DNA from: Fistulifera solaris
Taxonomy: Eukaryota
Direction of reading: 5' to 3'
Assembly (NCBI GenBank): GCA_030295235.1
Contig: AP026151.1
Coordinates: 310,001-374,000, forward strand
DNA length: 64,000 nt
Below the pieces are notes generated by a model that did no database searches, was not told the origin of the DNA, and saw only the letters and a program-made list of their open reading frames with translations. The number at the start of each line of letters is the position of its first letter. Position 1 is the stretch's first letter. A program made the position numbers and the translations under genes. Shown piece by piece: positions 50,850 through 61,885 of this stretch.

Positions 50850-53800
50850 TCAAAAACCTGACTGTGCATACGACTGGCACTTGTGTGACACAAAGTTCGC
50901 TGCGCAAGCCATATGCCTTCCATTGTGAAAGACCACGGGGGATTTGGTGACAAGGACTCCGTCATACGTCAACGGCTGTAAGGTAAATTGGCAGAGTTGG
51001 TCGTCCGCAACGGCGGTACCAGACTGCCGTATGCCGGAAAGGGTCTCGAGCGCCAACTCCTGCTTTCGTTCCACGCCACATTGGGCTGCCAACTCTTCCA
51101 CGGTCTTCCAGTCATTCTCAATATGTATATAGTCTTGTATAAAATTCAGCGAACACCACGAGGGAGGAAAGAGTGTCAATCGTGAAGAGCGAGGATGGGT
51201 GTAACATCAATAAGTCGCCCACGGTGGCCACGATGGAACGACACACACGGACAAATTCCCCCAAACCGGCCACGTAGGTCTCCAATTTCGGACGCACCGC
51301 GTCTTGTACGCTTTGGGTGAATCCAGCGGCATCTCCCATAACAATGCAACCCAACGATAGTTCGTCACGCGTTACGGTCATTGCTTGCTGCCAATACGTG
51401 GAGGCAAGTTTCGAATGTGACGACGATAAGAGTACCATGATTTGAATGGAGCGCTGGATACGCCTTTTCCGAGCTTCGGAAACAGGGACTTCCATCCCAA
51501 TATTGGCTTCAAAGCAATTGGAGAAATCCACATGTCCACCATTGGACTGAACGCGTATCGCTTCGGGAAGACTCAAAGAGGCTTTTTCGACAAATTCTCG
51601 AAGCATCACCAAGTTTTTGTATTCGGGGTTCTGCAGCAATTCTTCCTCTGGAACTGGCGCTTCGAAAGAGGCAAAATCACCAAAGTTGTCACTGCTTTCC
51701 GTCGCTGGCTCTGGTGCGCTGGTCTGTAAATCTGGTAAGGATTGAGACGCCGGTTGGTTGGATTCAAAGCCAGAAAAGTCACCGAATGAATCATTTCCAG
51801 CCTCATCCAAAACTGGAGCAGTTTGTTCCAGCGCTTCCGCGTTGACCGCTGTCGTATCCGATAATGCTATGTCGTTGGCTGCAAAACCAGAAAAATCCCC
51901 AAAGTCTTCTGCCTCAGCGGCAAAAGCATGCGCTTCGTCAAGCGTCGGCGACTGAAGGTGTGCTACTGTGTGTACAGGCGCAACATGTTCAAAACGGTCA
52001 GATGTAACCCCTGTGTGAGATGCGAAAACGTCGTGATTGGCGGTGAAGAAATTTTCAGTAGCAAGAGCAGCGCTCGGCTTGGGCTTAGAGCTGGAGGTAG
52101 TATCCATCGCCAAGGATTGTTCATCGAGTTTGTGGCCGGGGCTTGCAGAAGCAACTCCCAAGAAATCTCCAAAGTCATCTGTCTCACTGGCAGCGTCTTC
52201 TATGGCATCCGATGAAAGTGAAGGAGCCTGATGTTTTTCCTCTTGGACAGCGACATCCTGAGCGCTTTCGTCAACGAGTACAAAAGCTTCCACATTGTTT
52301 TTGGCAAAAAGGTCATCCGAGAAAGCAAGCGGCTCAAGCGGCTTGTCTAATAAACTTCCAGCAAGGGCATCAAGCGCGTCCCATCCCGAGCCAAGTGACT
52401 GGACTTCTCCTGTTTGCCGACTTTCGCCCGTTTCGAGCTCCGACGCTATTCCGCTTACGTCACCTTGATTTGATAGAGTTGATACGTTCAATAAGCTGGA
52501 TTGTGGTGCACTCGATTGAGCTTTTCCGTCATCCAACTGGTCTCCACTTGTGAAATCACCAAAATCACTTTCATCCGCAATAGAAGTGTCCGGACTAACA
52601 GCTGGGGGCTGCATAAGAGACAGGCTCGGATGAATGTCATCCTCGATCTTTTCGTCGACATTGACGTCGGAAACAGTGCCCTCCAGAGCGGCAAAGGCGT
52701 CAAAGGCCGTAGGAGAAGAAGAAGTCTCTGGGAGGGTATGAGCTTCACTTTGTTGAAAGGTTTCCGTCTTATTAGACTCCCCGACGAATTCACCAAAGTC
52801 ATCGTCCTCGACTTGTTGCAAGTCGCCGTTTGGACTTAAATTTTCGCGTTTCGGTGCTTCATCCTCTGCAGCCGTTAATGTTTCTAAAGGAGGCAGTGGC
52901 GTGTCTTGTACAGCCGATAAGGCGTCCAGTGCATCCCAACCAGACAAGCTGTTGTCGGCGTGCTTCGCAAACTCATTTATCTTCTCAATGTCGGGATTAA
53001 TGCTGTTTGGTAATGAGGGGGTGAATGAAGCGTCAGGAGCGTTAACTGTTTCGCCTAGTGTAATAACACTTTTCTCAGCAGGAACCGTTTCCGTTACTTC
53101 TGTACCAGCGAAATCACCAAACTCTGTTTCGTCCTCGTCTGCATCGGAAGGAAAAGTTGCATTCTGAATCTCATTGTGAAATGAGAACTTGTCTCCAGGT
53201 GCCGTAGCACCTTCCTCAATCGAGGCTGTTTGACCACTACTACTCTCAACGCTTGCGTGAACTTCAACGTTCGACTGTGCGTGCGTGGTGATTGCTGGCG
53301 AATCGTCCATGATAGAATGATTTTGTTGCTCCACAACATGTGACGGCACTTCGTTACCAAGCTCTATCGAGGGCAATGGACGGTCCGGTACTTCGAACAT
53401 TCCTCCAAAAGCATCGGAGATCGACAGGACCGATGACGCCGCGTTGGACCCAATGGTGGACGTGTTCCATTCATCATCCTTCGTGCCATCGTACGTCGCG
53501 ACCCTCGTTGCGTCAAAACTGCCGAAATCATCGCTGGACGGATCATTCATCTCGAAATTTCCAAACGTGTCGGGATTCATCTCCGTGTGCAATCCCTGTC
53601 TGCTCATGGCATCCTTGCTATCTGCAGTGCCGAGAGCTACTTGTGGTGTTGTCGCCATTGTATCGCCGTTAACGTTGTAAGTCGGAAATGGAGAATTGTC
53701 TCCTGCGGTTGCCGATACATTCGAAATGTCGGGTGGATGATTGGTTTTAATAAAATAATTTTGACTGCTATTCGCTCCCAAACTCCCTGGATTGGATGCA

Positions 53801-54517
53801 CTGTCCACAAAATCCCCAAAATCCTCGTCGTCGTCGTTGGGTGTTTCCTCCTGTACTGCCTCGATCGTTGGCTCCGGAACGAAGAGACTCGGCAATGGCT
53901 TATCTTCCACTTGCACCAGACCACTAAAAGCATCATCAATCGATGTCAATTCCAACGATGTCGGCAGCACCGCAACTTCCGATGTCGTATGTGTCATAGC
54001 TGGCGCTACATTTGGATCGAATATTGTGGGTTGTTGTGTCATTTGGCTCGGTGGTGGTACTGTCGTTGCAACATCGGGCGTCGGTGGTTGAAATCCCTTC
54101 GCTCTTTGAAATATCATTTGCAACTCCATCGGACTGGGTATCACAATGCCTTGAAAGATCGGTAAAGGCAACATCATGGAGGCCGTTTGGAGTAAACACT
54201 GTCGCAGAATATCTTCGGGTGATGCGGCCTGGGGAGTTTGAGCTAACGCGGGCAACAAAGGACCGTGTTGCGCCAAGGCCGTCAATCGCAACATGGTATC
54301 AAATTGGGCCGTGGTCGACAAATATCCATCGACTTGCGGATCGACGACGGACCACATATGCCGCAATACGGAACGATCAATTCCGGAACGACAAAAGAAC
54401 GGCACCGCTTGTCGTCCCGCAATGCGAATGGAGTCGGTGATTTGAAATTCCGTTTGCAACAAAAAACAGACCGTACGCTTCCTCCAAAGGGGTGGGTTGA
54501 TAATAATTATAGAGCAT
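50850..54517 (-). CDS. EH-domain clathrin-adaptor accessory protein (synergin-gamma/aftiphilin-like)
   Basis: N-terminal EH domain IAGRQAVPFFCRSGIDRSVLRHMWSVVD; ten acidic FG(D/E/S/N)F motifs of the gamma-adaptin-ear-binding type; helical C-terminal domain. Probable ATG at 54517, with frameshifts near 54465 and 51165. Confidence 0.8.
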
Positions 54518-54795
54518 ATTGTTGATAAATAGTGATGGGAAGTGCGAAAGTAGAATGACGATAACGAATGAATATATATAATATAATGGGACGAGTTATG
54601 GCAAAGAGTCTCTCGCGCCTTTCATTTCGGTCATGGTCACGAAAAAACGCAAAACAGTCACGAGCCAGGTGGCTTCTCGTAGCCAGAAAATCTGGGGGTT
54701 TAGTGATTTCACGTACCGGTACCTTGAAAATCTGATTCTTCTGCGCGTGTTGTGTTTTCGATGCGCAGAAAATCTGGGTGTGTGATGCTGGAATT

Positions 54796-55253
54796 GATTC
54801 ATGACTCATGACTGAAATGCAGTCATGTTCTCCTCCAACCAACACTTTGGGTCCATAGTAACCACGGAAGACAACGTTTTGCAAGGCTCTTCTACGTTAA
54901 ATATAATGACGTAAATTGCAAACGCTGCTAAAATCTATTTCACTGCAACGACGACAAAGTGAGTCCAATAATAAGCTGAACAAACGAATTGTAGGCTGCA
55001 TTGTCGCTTGAAAAAATAATGATTCATGACTGACGGCGAAATGCGGACAACAATTTGGTCTATAGTACGGAGTATTACGGAAGACAACGTTTCGCAAGGC
55101 TCTTCTACGTGAAAAATAATGACGTGGAATTCCAACGCTGCTAAAGACTATTTCATTGCATCAACGACAATAATGGAGCTCAATGTTTTTCTGATCGGAC
55201 CAATTGTATAAGCAGCATTGTCGCCCGAAGAAATATTGATTCATGACTGACGC
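54796..55253. repeat. Diverged tandem duplication of about 215-225 bp in a divergent promoter
   Basis: acggaagacaacgttt.gcaaggctcttctacgt at 54864 and 55077; GATTCATGACT at 54796, 55021 and 55238. Confidence 0.88.
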
Positions 55254-55546
55254 GCAGTCGTGGCGAAATTGATGGTACGCTTCTGCTTATTTTGAAACCG
55301 ACGGAAATTCTGATGGTATTATTTGTCAAAAGTATACTACGTAGTCTTGAAGCGTTCTTACAAGTACATTCCAGAAAATCGGTTGTGTGCGGTGTTTTCA
55401 CTTGCCCAGAAAATCTGGGCGTGTGGTTTGCACCACGTTGGCGTCCAAACAAATTGCAATGCGTTCGCGTTCGAAGGTCGTCGATGAAGAAATCAAAAAT
55501 AAATGATTCATTCTTTTCTGTTCTATTACGAATAAACCATGATAGT

Positions 55547-57071
55547 ATGACAACAACATTACCATGGTGGTATCCGTATCGCCGCCATCATCAACCCATC
55601 TATCATGGCAATCCCGAAGCGCTCGGTTTTGCTTTGGATTCCGTCGGACGTTCGATCGGTTTCATCGGAGCGGCGGGATTTTTGGGTACGGCCTTGTTGC
55701 AATTGGCGCAACGCGAAGTGGGCTGTTTGGAGGAAGCAGAAGAATGTGAAGGACGCCTCTTTGGAATCTTGCGTCCTTCGTCCCTCTTGACGACGTATAC
55801 GATTGTGGTGGGGATTGTCAGTGCGACGATGTTGCCCTTTTTGGGAGCGGTGGTCGATTATACGTCCCATCGACGCAAAGTGGCGCGGGGCACGTCCATC
55901 ACCATTTGTGTGTTGATGATGCCGCAAATTTATCTCAATCAACAGACGTGGATGATGGTGGCAGCCCTGCAAATGGTCGTGGCGTTCACCGGATGGGCTC
56001 AAACGATGGTATCCCACGCGTATTTACCCGAACTGACCGATCGTGAAGATCGACTCAATGAATATACCAAATCGTTTACTATTATCAATTTTACTTCCAT
56101 GGTTCTGTATTTGGCGACCGTCATTGGTGTGGCGTCGTGGTGGAACTTGGGAGACGTCGGGACCGCGCAGTTGGCGATGGCCGTGGCGTTGATCGTAATG
56201 ATCCCTTTGTTGTCGGTGGCCTGGGGACCACTCTTGCAGCCGCGACCACCGGCGCGGGTGTTACCGCCCGGTCAGTCGTTGTGGTCGGCGGGGTTTGTCC
56301 AAATTTATCATACCGGACGATACATTCATAAAAATTTACCCACGTTGCGATGGTTTTATACGGCCGTGGCGTTTCTCGATGCGGGTATCAAGTACGTATC
56401 CCTTTGTGTTGCCTCGTGAAAACAGTGGATGATGAATTTCATTCGAAGACTCACTCTTCATTCTTCGCAGTGGACTGGTGACCGTGACGATTACGTATAT
56501 GACGGATCAACTCGAGTTCTCCTCGACCGAAACGGGGCTGGTCGTGCTCTTGGTGTTGGTGGGGAGCATTCCCGGGGCACTCTTGGCAAGTCGCGTGGCT
56601 TTGCGGTGGGATCCGGTGCGGTCCGCCATGGCCGCGTCCATTCTACTGATTTTGAATACACTGACCGAAGCCATCGTGTTGAAAGGACCCGGACAACAAA
56701 TGGCAGCGTATTTCTTCTCAATCGTATGGGGCATAGGAACGGGATGGAAATGGACGAACGATCGCATGTTGGCATCCATTTTGATACCCCATGGGCAGGA
56801 CGCGGAATTGATGGGAACGTATTTGTTTGCGAGTCAGTGTCTGACGTGGGTACCGCCGTTGGTGTTCACGCTCATGAATGAATTAGGAGTCAGTCAACGA
56901 GTGGGGATTGGTACATTTTCGATTTATTTCGGTATTGGGGTGGTAGCACTGTGGATGATTGGAGACTATCGACATGCCGTGGACGTGGCCAAGGCGTCGA
57001 GTGGCACCGTCCCAGCAGACGTAGCAACTACAGCCAAGACAACGGATGCCGTCGAAACTGAAAATAGATAA
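55547..57071 (+). CDS. MFS transporter, Atg22/UMF1-like
   Basis: About 12 hydrophobic segments, PFLGAVVDYTSHRR, AYLPEL and ELMG.Y.F....TWVPPL; intron 56392-56470 joins the two ORFs in frame. Confidence 0.85.
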
Positions 57072-57287
57072 CGCAAAGAAGGAGATGCAAGAAGCTTTGT
57101 ATCGTGCGCGCTTCTATTTTAAAAAAATCGACGAAGAAGCTCGCACCTAGCGTTGAATTAGATAGCTAACAGCTACCCCGTTTGAAAATCGGATTCCACA
57201 CTGACGGCTACAGGAAATAAAGAGTTTACAGTTGGCAAATCATGTTTTTAGCGAAGTCATTATTGTACATTGTACGGGCTAAGCAGA

Positions 57288-58069
57288 TCAATTCGCTGTT
57301 CCACGAAGAGTCTGTCCTTTCGGGGCCAATTTTCGTTTCTTATGCAAGTTTCCTCTAACATCGGTTCCGTAGAGTTTTTCATCGTCCTTACTGGCATTGT
57401 TCGGGACGGGTTGTTTGGGGGGATAAGCGGCAGAGGATGGAGTCGGTAACACCACACGAGTGGGAGTCGGAACCACAGCACGAGTGGGTGTCGCTACCGG
57501 TACGGTAGCACGAACTGGAGCCGGTACAGGGATATCGGGGCGCCTCCTCCTCCGTTGCCTCCCGACAAGCAACCGCAGGGTGTTGCGAAGTAATTTTGCA
57601 TGGGGCGGCACATGCGCTCCTCTATATTTCCATTTTTAGCGATCCAGTAAAGGTCACCACAAGTTGGCGTTCCGGGAATAGTTGCAACAGCAGTTAGTGA
57701 ACTTGGGTTTGTAGGGAATGAACCGTTAGCACATAGATTACAAGGTGGATGAGGACCGTGATTATACTTTGTTCCTGGCGACGGAGTTGGTGCTTGTGCG
57801 ATAGGAGCTGGATCAAAATTTGGGTTGCAGCATCGATCATAATGAAGATTTTGGAGATTTCTGCATTGGCTACTGCCTTGAGGACTGCCGTGTGAAGGAT
57901 CTGCCATTTGATTCGCGAGAAGGCCACAGGAGGTGCCTTTAGAGTCGACGAGTTCCGAAAACCGAACCGGTGGGCCACAGCCATCGCAAAGGCAGCAGAG
58001 ACCAATAGTTTCGTCACCGACTGCGAAGCGAAGGACCGATAAAGCGAGTATGTAGATGGAACGATGCAT
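57288..58069 (-). CDS. Secreted Cys-rich protein with Pro/Thr-rich (VxTPTR) mucin-like tail
   Basis: Signal peptide; two Cys-rich modules (CCLCDGC...SCG...QC...RCC and CNLC...TCG...MC...PCGC); a frameshift near 57535 joins them to VPVATPTRAVVPTPTRVVLPTP. Confidence 0.75.
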
Positions 58070-58760
58070 GTTTATTTCAATATTCTCTTTGGTTCATTCT
58101 GATTACCCATTGGCCGCAACTTGAAATTGTGGGGAAATGGGCACATTTGGCATAAGGAGTATCATTTCTAATTTCGGCATCATTAGCCAGATTTAAAGCA
58201 ATCATCATGGTTTTATCGTCCATATTACCCGTTCCGGTGCCAAAAATCAAAGAATTCCGGCGATGGAATGTGGTTGTCGAAGGATCTTCGTATGTGGATC
58301 GGCCACCGGGTCGAGCTTCCCATGTTGGGAATATTCGTTTGGCTTCGAAAGCTAGTAACGGCAGGAAAGCGTGACGTTGAAAGCATTCGGTACTTGTTGC
58401 CTGATAGTGGATGGGATGAAAAAGTTTGTTGGACCTTTATCCACCTAAGGAGAACGGTCCCAAAGCGTCACTCCGCCCAGCGATAATCCGTTGGACGGAG
58501 GGCACGGGAAGACACTATAAAAGCGCACAAAAATAGTTCGCTGAAACGTCGAAATGAACGTTGAGAAGTTACTATACTAAATCTTGTAGGATTTGATGTC
58601 TAACCGTTACCAAAAGATACGATTTGATCACCCAAACGGATTGGATTTAGGGATGATTTTGCTTGATTTGAGCTAGAGACAGGACCAAAGTTATCAAAAA
58701 TAGGACGGAGTTGTCTATAGACTCTACTCCAAAGAGGTGCTTTCCCTTTTTTGACCGAGA

Positions 58761-59516
58761 TTAGAGCATCTCAAGATTTGGCAAATCGAGTTCAATATCA
58801 AACAATTGAAGAGGAGTATTCGAACGACACTTCTGCGGATTTAGAGCCGTTTTTGTCCTTCCTTTCCTCCTTCTCATTAACGGTAACAAAGGCTGAACAA
58901 CAGCGCGAAAAATGGCACTTCTAGGTTTCCTCGACTGACTGGACATGCTCCTCCTGTTTATTGTTGCCGGTGACTGTCGGGTATCCGCTGTTTCCGTTTC
59001 GTTCGCTTCTTCCACAGGTCCATCCGTAAGAAGAAGCAACTCTTGTCGAAAATCGCTATGGAATTCTCTTATCTCCTGTACAATTTTCTCTGCTATCATA
59101 TGAACAAGTGGGTGTAACACTTGCGCTCTGGAATCGTTGAGGACAAAGGCTCGTATGACCCAGATCAACCCCAGAAACAATGTTATTAATACGATCCAAA
59201 AGAGGCAAACAACGAAAGCATACTCTGGATTGTTTGTTATCGTCAGAAACGCCGCAGGAATTAGTAAGACGAAAAGTAGCGTCACGCCCCATTGGATCGA
59301 TGCTTGGGTCGATTGCGGGAACACATCCAAAGCTGTCTTTAAATCTATTTGCACATCCAGCTCTCCACTCTCTTCTGAAGTTACGGTTGTTACCACGACG
59401 GGTTCCTTCTTTCGACTCTTGGTAGATTGTTGCGAACCATCATTCAAGTTCGACAATGCAACGAAGCCAGTTGCTGGTGATCGGTCTGCGTAATCATTTT
59501 CTTCGTGTTTACTCAT
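58761..59516 (-). CDS. Hypothetical membrane protein with two TM helices
   Basis: 251-aa ORF with hydrophobic segments WGVTLLFVLLIPAAFL and AFVVCLFWIVLITLFLGLIWVI. Confidence 0.65.
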   Translation of the reverse strand: MSKHEENDYADRSPATGFVALSNLNDGSQQSTKSRKKEPVVVTTVTSEESGELDVQIDLKTALDVFPQSTQASIQWGVTLLFVLLIPAAFLTITNNPEYAFVVCLFWIVLITLFLGLIWVIRAFVLNDSRAQVLHPLVHMIAEKIVQEIREFHSDFRQELLLLTDGPVEEANETETADTRQSPATINRRSMSSQSRKPRSAIFRAVVQPLLPLMRRRKGRTKTALNPQKCRSNTPLQLFDIELDLPNLEML

Positions 59517-60030
59517 TTTTGTATAAGAAGAGATCTTGGGATGAATTTATATCCATAGATGTTTTGGTCGAAATGAAGGTTGTTGAAAAGAGCGTGAAGA
59601 AACAAAAAAAAATGAAGTGAAACTCGATCGCCAAGACGGTCGGCTCGTGTTCCGACTTCCGACATTGGTTCAGACCTCTGGTGCACTGTGGCTTTGCAGA
59701 TTAAGCATAAAACGTCATAGAGATTAGACTATGATACTTCGAGTAAAATGTTTCACAAGTAGCCTTAACCCTTAACTCTAACCGTATAACCCACTTGTCG
59801 TCTGTCTGCGTCGGTAGAAGCAGGCCACCTCGGCCCTCGGCCCGCGGCCGCACATTTATTTTGCGGCGGCAACAAGCAACAACACGCACAATACGTCTGT
59901 ATGCCTGTCCAATGGGGACGAGATTTGCAACAACATTGCAATCGAAAATCAACAAGTCTTTGCCGCTCATTCCCTTCAAAAAGAAAGATACACTGCCCGT
60001 TGTTGCTATTATCTAGCTACCTTCACAAAA

Positions 60031-61578
60031 ATGACGAACGACACGGATAATTTGATGCCTACGGCACTCACCGACTTTGTGTTTGATCTCTTCGACTCGG
60101 TGACTACATCGCAGATGCCGGAGGAGCAAACCAAGCTTTACGAGGTGGATTTTCGCGAACTTTCGCAAAAGTATTTTGCCAATCAGGCGTGGCCATCTCC
60201 TCAATCGATTGCTTCGGAATGCAACGGCGATCCTTTGTTTTTGGCGGTCTACCGAGAACTCACGCATCGACACTGGCACGCGGTTTCGCATCCGAACATT
60301 CGGGATCGTCTGGAAGGCTGGCAAGTCTACCGCGAGCTGTTTGAGGAAATGTTGGATTCAACAAACTTCTACTTAGTTCCTAGCTGGGTGTTTGATATCC
60401 TCAATGAGTTCGTGTACCAGTTTCAAGGGTTCTGTCAGGTGCGCTCGGCAGTGTACGCTTCGGCACGGAAGCAGGGCCTTTTGAACGCGGACGGTACGCG
60501 CACGGAAGGCCCTCACAATGCCAACCAAAACTTGGTGGATAATCTGGCTTTGCTCGAAAAATCCAAAGATGTTTGGGACGTTGAATCTGTCTTTGGGATC
60601 TTGCACCGCTTGGGAGCGATCGGGTTCGGCAAGGAAGGTAGTGAGATCACACCGGTTTACACGTACCTCAGCATCTTTAGTGCCGTGGCACGATCTCGAC
60701 TCGAGTGTTTGCTGGGGGATTACACCGCCAGTTTACAGGCGTTGAATCCTCTTTCGACTTATGGGTCTTACGTCGTCCCCAAAGACTTGGAAGATTATCA
60801 AGGGACTATCCAGCTCAATGTCATGGAAGTGTTTGGATCCGTCATGGGCGCCCGCGTGTCCGTCGCGTATCATGCTGGTGTCAGTCTCTTGCTCCTTCGT
60901 CGATACAAAGATGCGATCAGTATCCTTGCGGAGATGTGCGCCGTACTGCAGCGTGGCTTCAAAACAGGTCAGCTGCGCAAGATTGCTGGTGGATCTGAGC
61001 AGCTCAACAAGCAGTACGACAGAATGCTGTCGCTGCTGGCTTTGCTGACGCACATTTGCCCTTCACAGGCCGGTGGCGTAGAGGAAGCGGTCATTCGGGC
61101 CATCCGCGAGAAGCACGGTTCCAAATTGGCGGCAGCCACTTCCTATGAAGAATGGTTCCAGTGTCCCAAGTTCATCTCGGCGGATCCATCTCACGGTGTG
61201 TTTCGTCAGCAGATTCACCGCTTTTTGGAAGAAATGAACCCTGTTCCAGCGGGAAGAACACTGCGTTCGTACCTCAAGCTCTACACGTCCGTGTCCATTG
61301 ATAAACTGGCTCACTTGTACGGCGATTCTTCGGCCGATCAGGTTTTGGCCCTACTGCTATCGTACAAGCTCCGCATGCGCCAACTGGAACGCACCGGTTC
61401 GTCATGGAACGATTCTGTTTACAAAACAGCGCTGGATATTCATTATTATGCCGAAAAGGATACAGTGCACATCAATGAAGCAGAAAAAACTCGTCGTTTC
61501 GAGAATTTCTTCGTGGCCTCCATTCTCCATGACCACGAAGTTCGAAAAGAAACTCTTTCGATTGACATTAATCTTTAA
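60031..61578 (+). CDS. EIF3L: Eukaryotic translation initiation factor 3 subunit L
   Basis: LSQKYF..AWP, FLAVYRELTHRH, WVFDILNEFVYQFQGFCQ, RLECLLGDY, RRYKDAI, CPKFIS and LRSYLKLYTS. Confidence 0.93.
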   Translation: MTNDTDNLMPTALTDFVFDLFDSVTTSQMPEEQTKLYEVDFRELSQKYFANQAWPSPQSIASECNGDPLFLAVYRELTHRHWHAVSHPNIRDRLEGWQVYRELFEEMLDSTNFYLVPSWVFDILNEFVYQFQGFCQVRSAVYASARKQGLLNADGTRTEGPHNANQNLVDNLALLEKSKDVWDVESVFGILHRLGAIGFGKEGSEITPVYTYLSIFSAVARSRLECLLGDYTASLQALNPLSTYGSYVVPKDLEDYQGTIQLNVMEVFGSVMGARVSVAYHAGVSLLLLRRYKDAISILAEMCAVLQRGFKTGQLRKIAGGSEQLNKQYDRMLSLLALLTHICPSQAGGVEEAVIRAIREKHGSKLAAATSYEEWFQCPKFISADPSHGVFRQQIHRFLEEMNPVPAGRTLRSYLKLYTSVSIDKLAHLYGDSSADQVLALLLSYKLRMRQLERTGSSWNDSVYKTALDIHYYAEKDTVHINEAEKTRRFENFFVASILHDHEVRKETLSIDINL

Positions 61579-61736
61579 AAAGTAATAAGCAAATTTAAGT
61601 TCATGAAGTCATGATTAGTTAGGATCGCGGGGGCAGTCGAAAAAGAACGAAAAGCTTTTGTCGTCAATCAAAACGAGTAAGATCATCAAATAGGTTGTGC
61701 ATTTTACAGTTAAGACATCTATTTTGTTGTATGTCA

Positions 61737-61843
61737 AAATGAGAAAAAAACGCATGATCATCAAGAGCCAGACTTCTGCCGAAGGCAGTTCAGCTTGACT
61801 CCGTCATTCCGGGTCGTTACTACACCCATCGTTTTTCTCATTT
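61737..61843 (-). promoter_or_regulatory. SECIS element (form 2) in the 3' UTR of the 61886-62489 gene
   Basis: Minus strand 61807 to 61760 reads A-UGAC-GGAGUCAAGCU-GAA-CUGCC-UUC-GGCAG-A-AGUCUGGCUCU-UGAU. This gives the UGAN/NGAN core, an 11-position helix II with 10 pairs (3 G-U), apical AA and a ministem. Flanking 61827-61843 and 61737-61756 are imperfect inverted repeats forming a lower stem. Confidence 0.85.
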
Positions 61844-61885
61844 CGAGGTCGGAAGCTCACGCAGAAGTGTGCGCAGCTTCGATGC

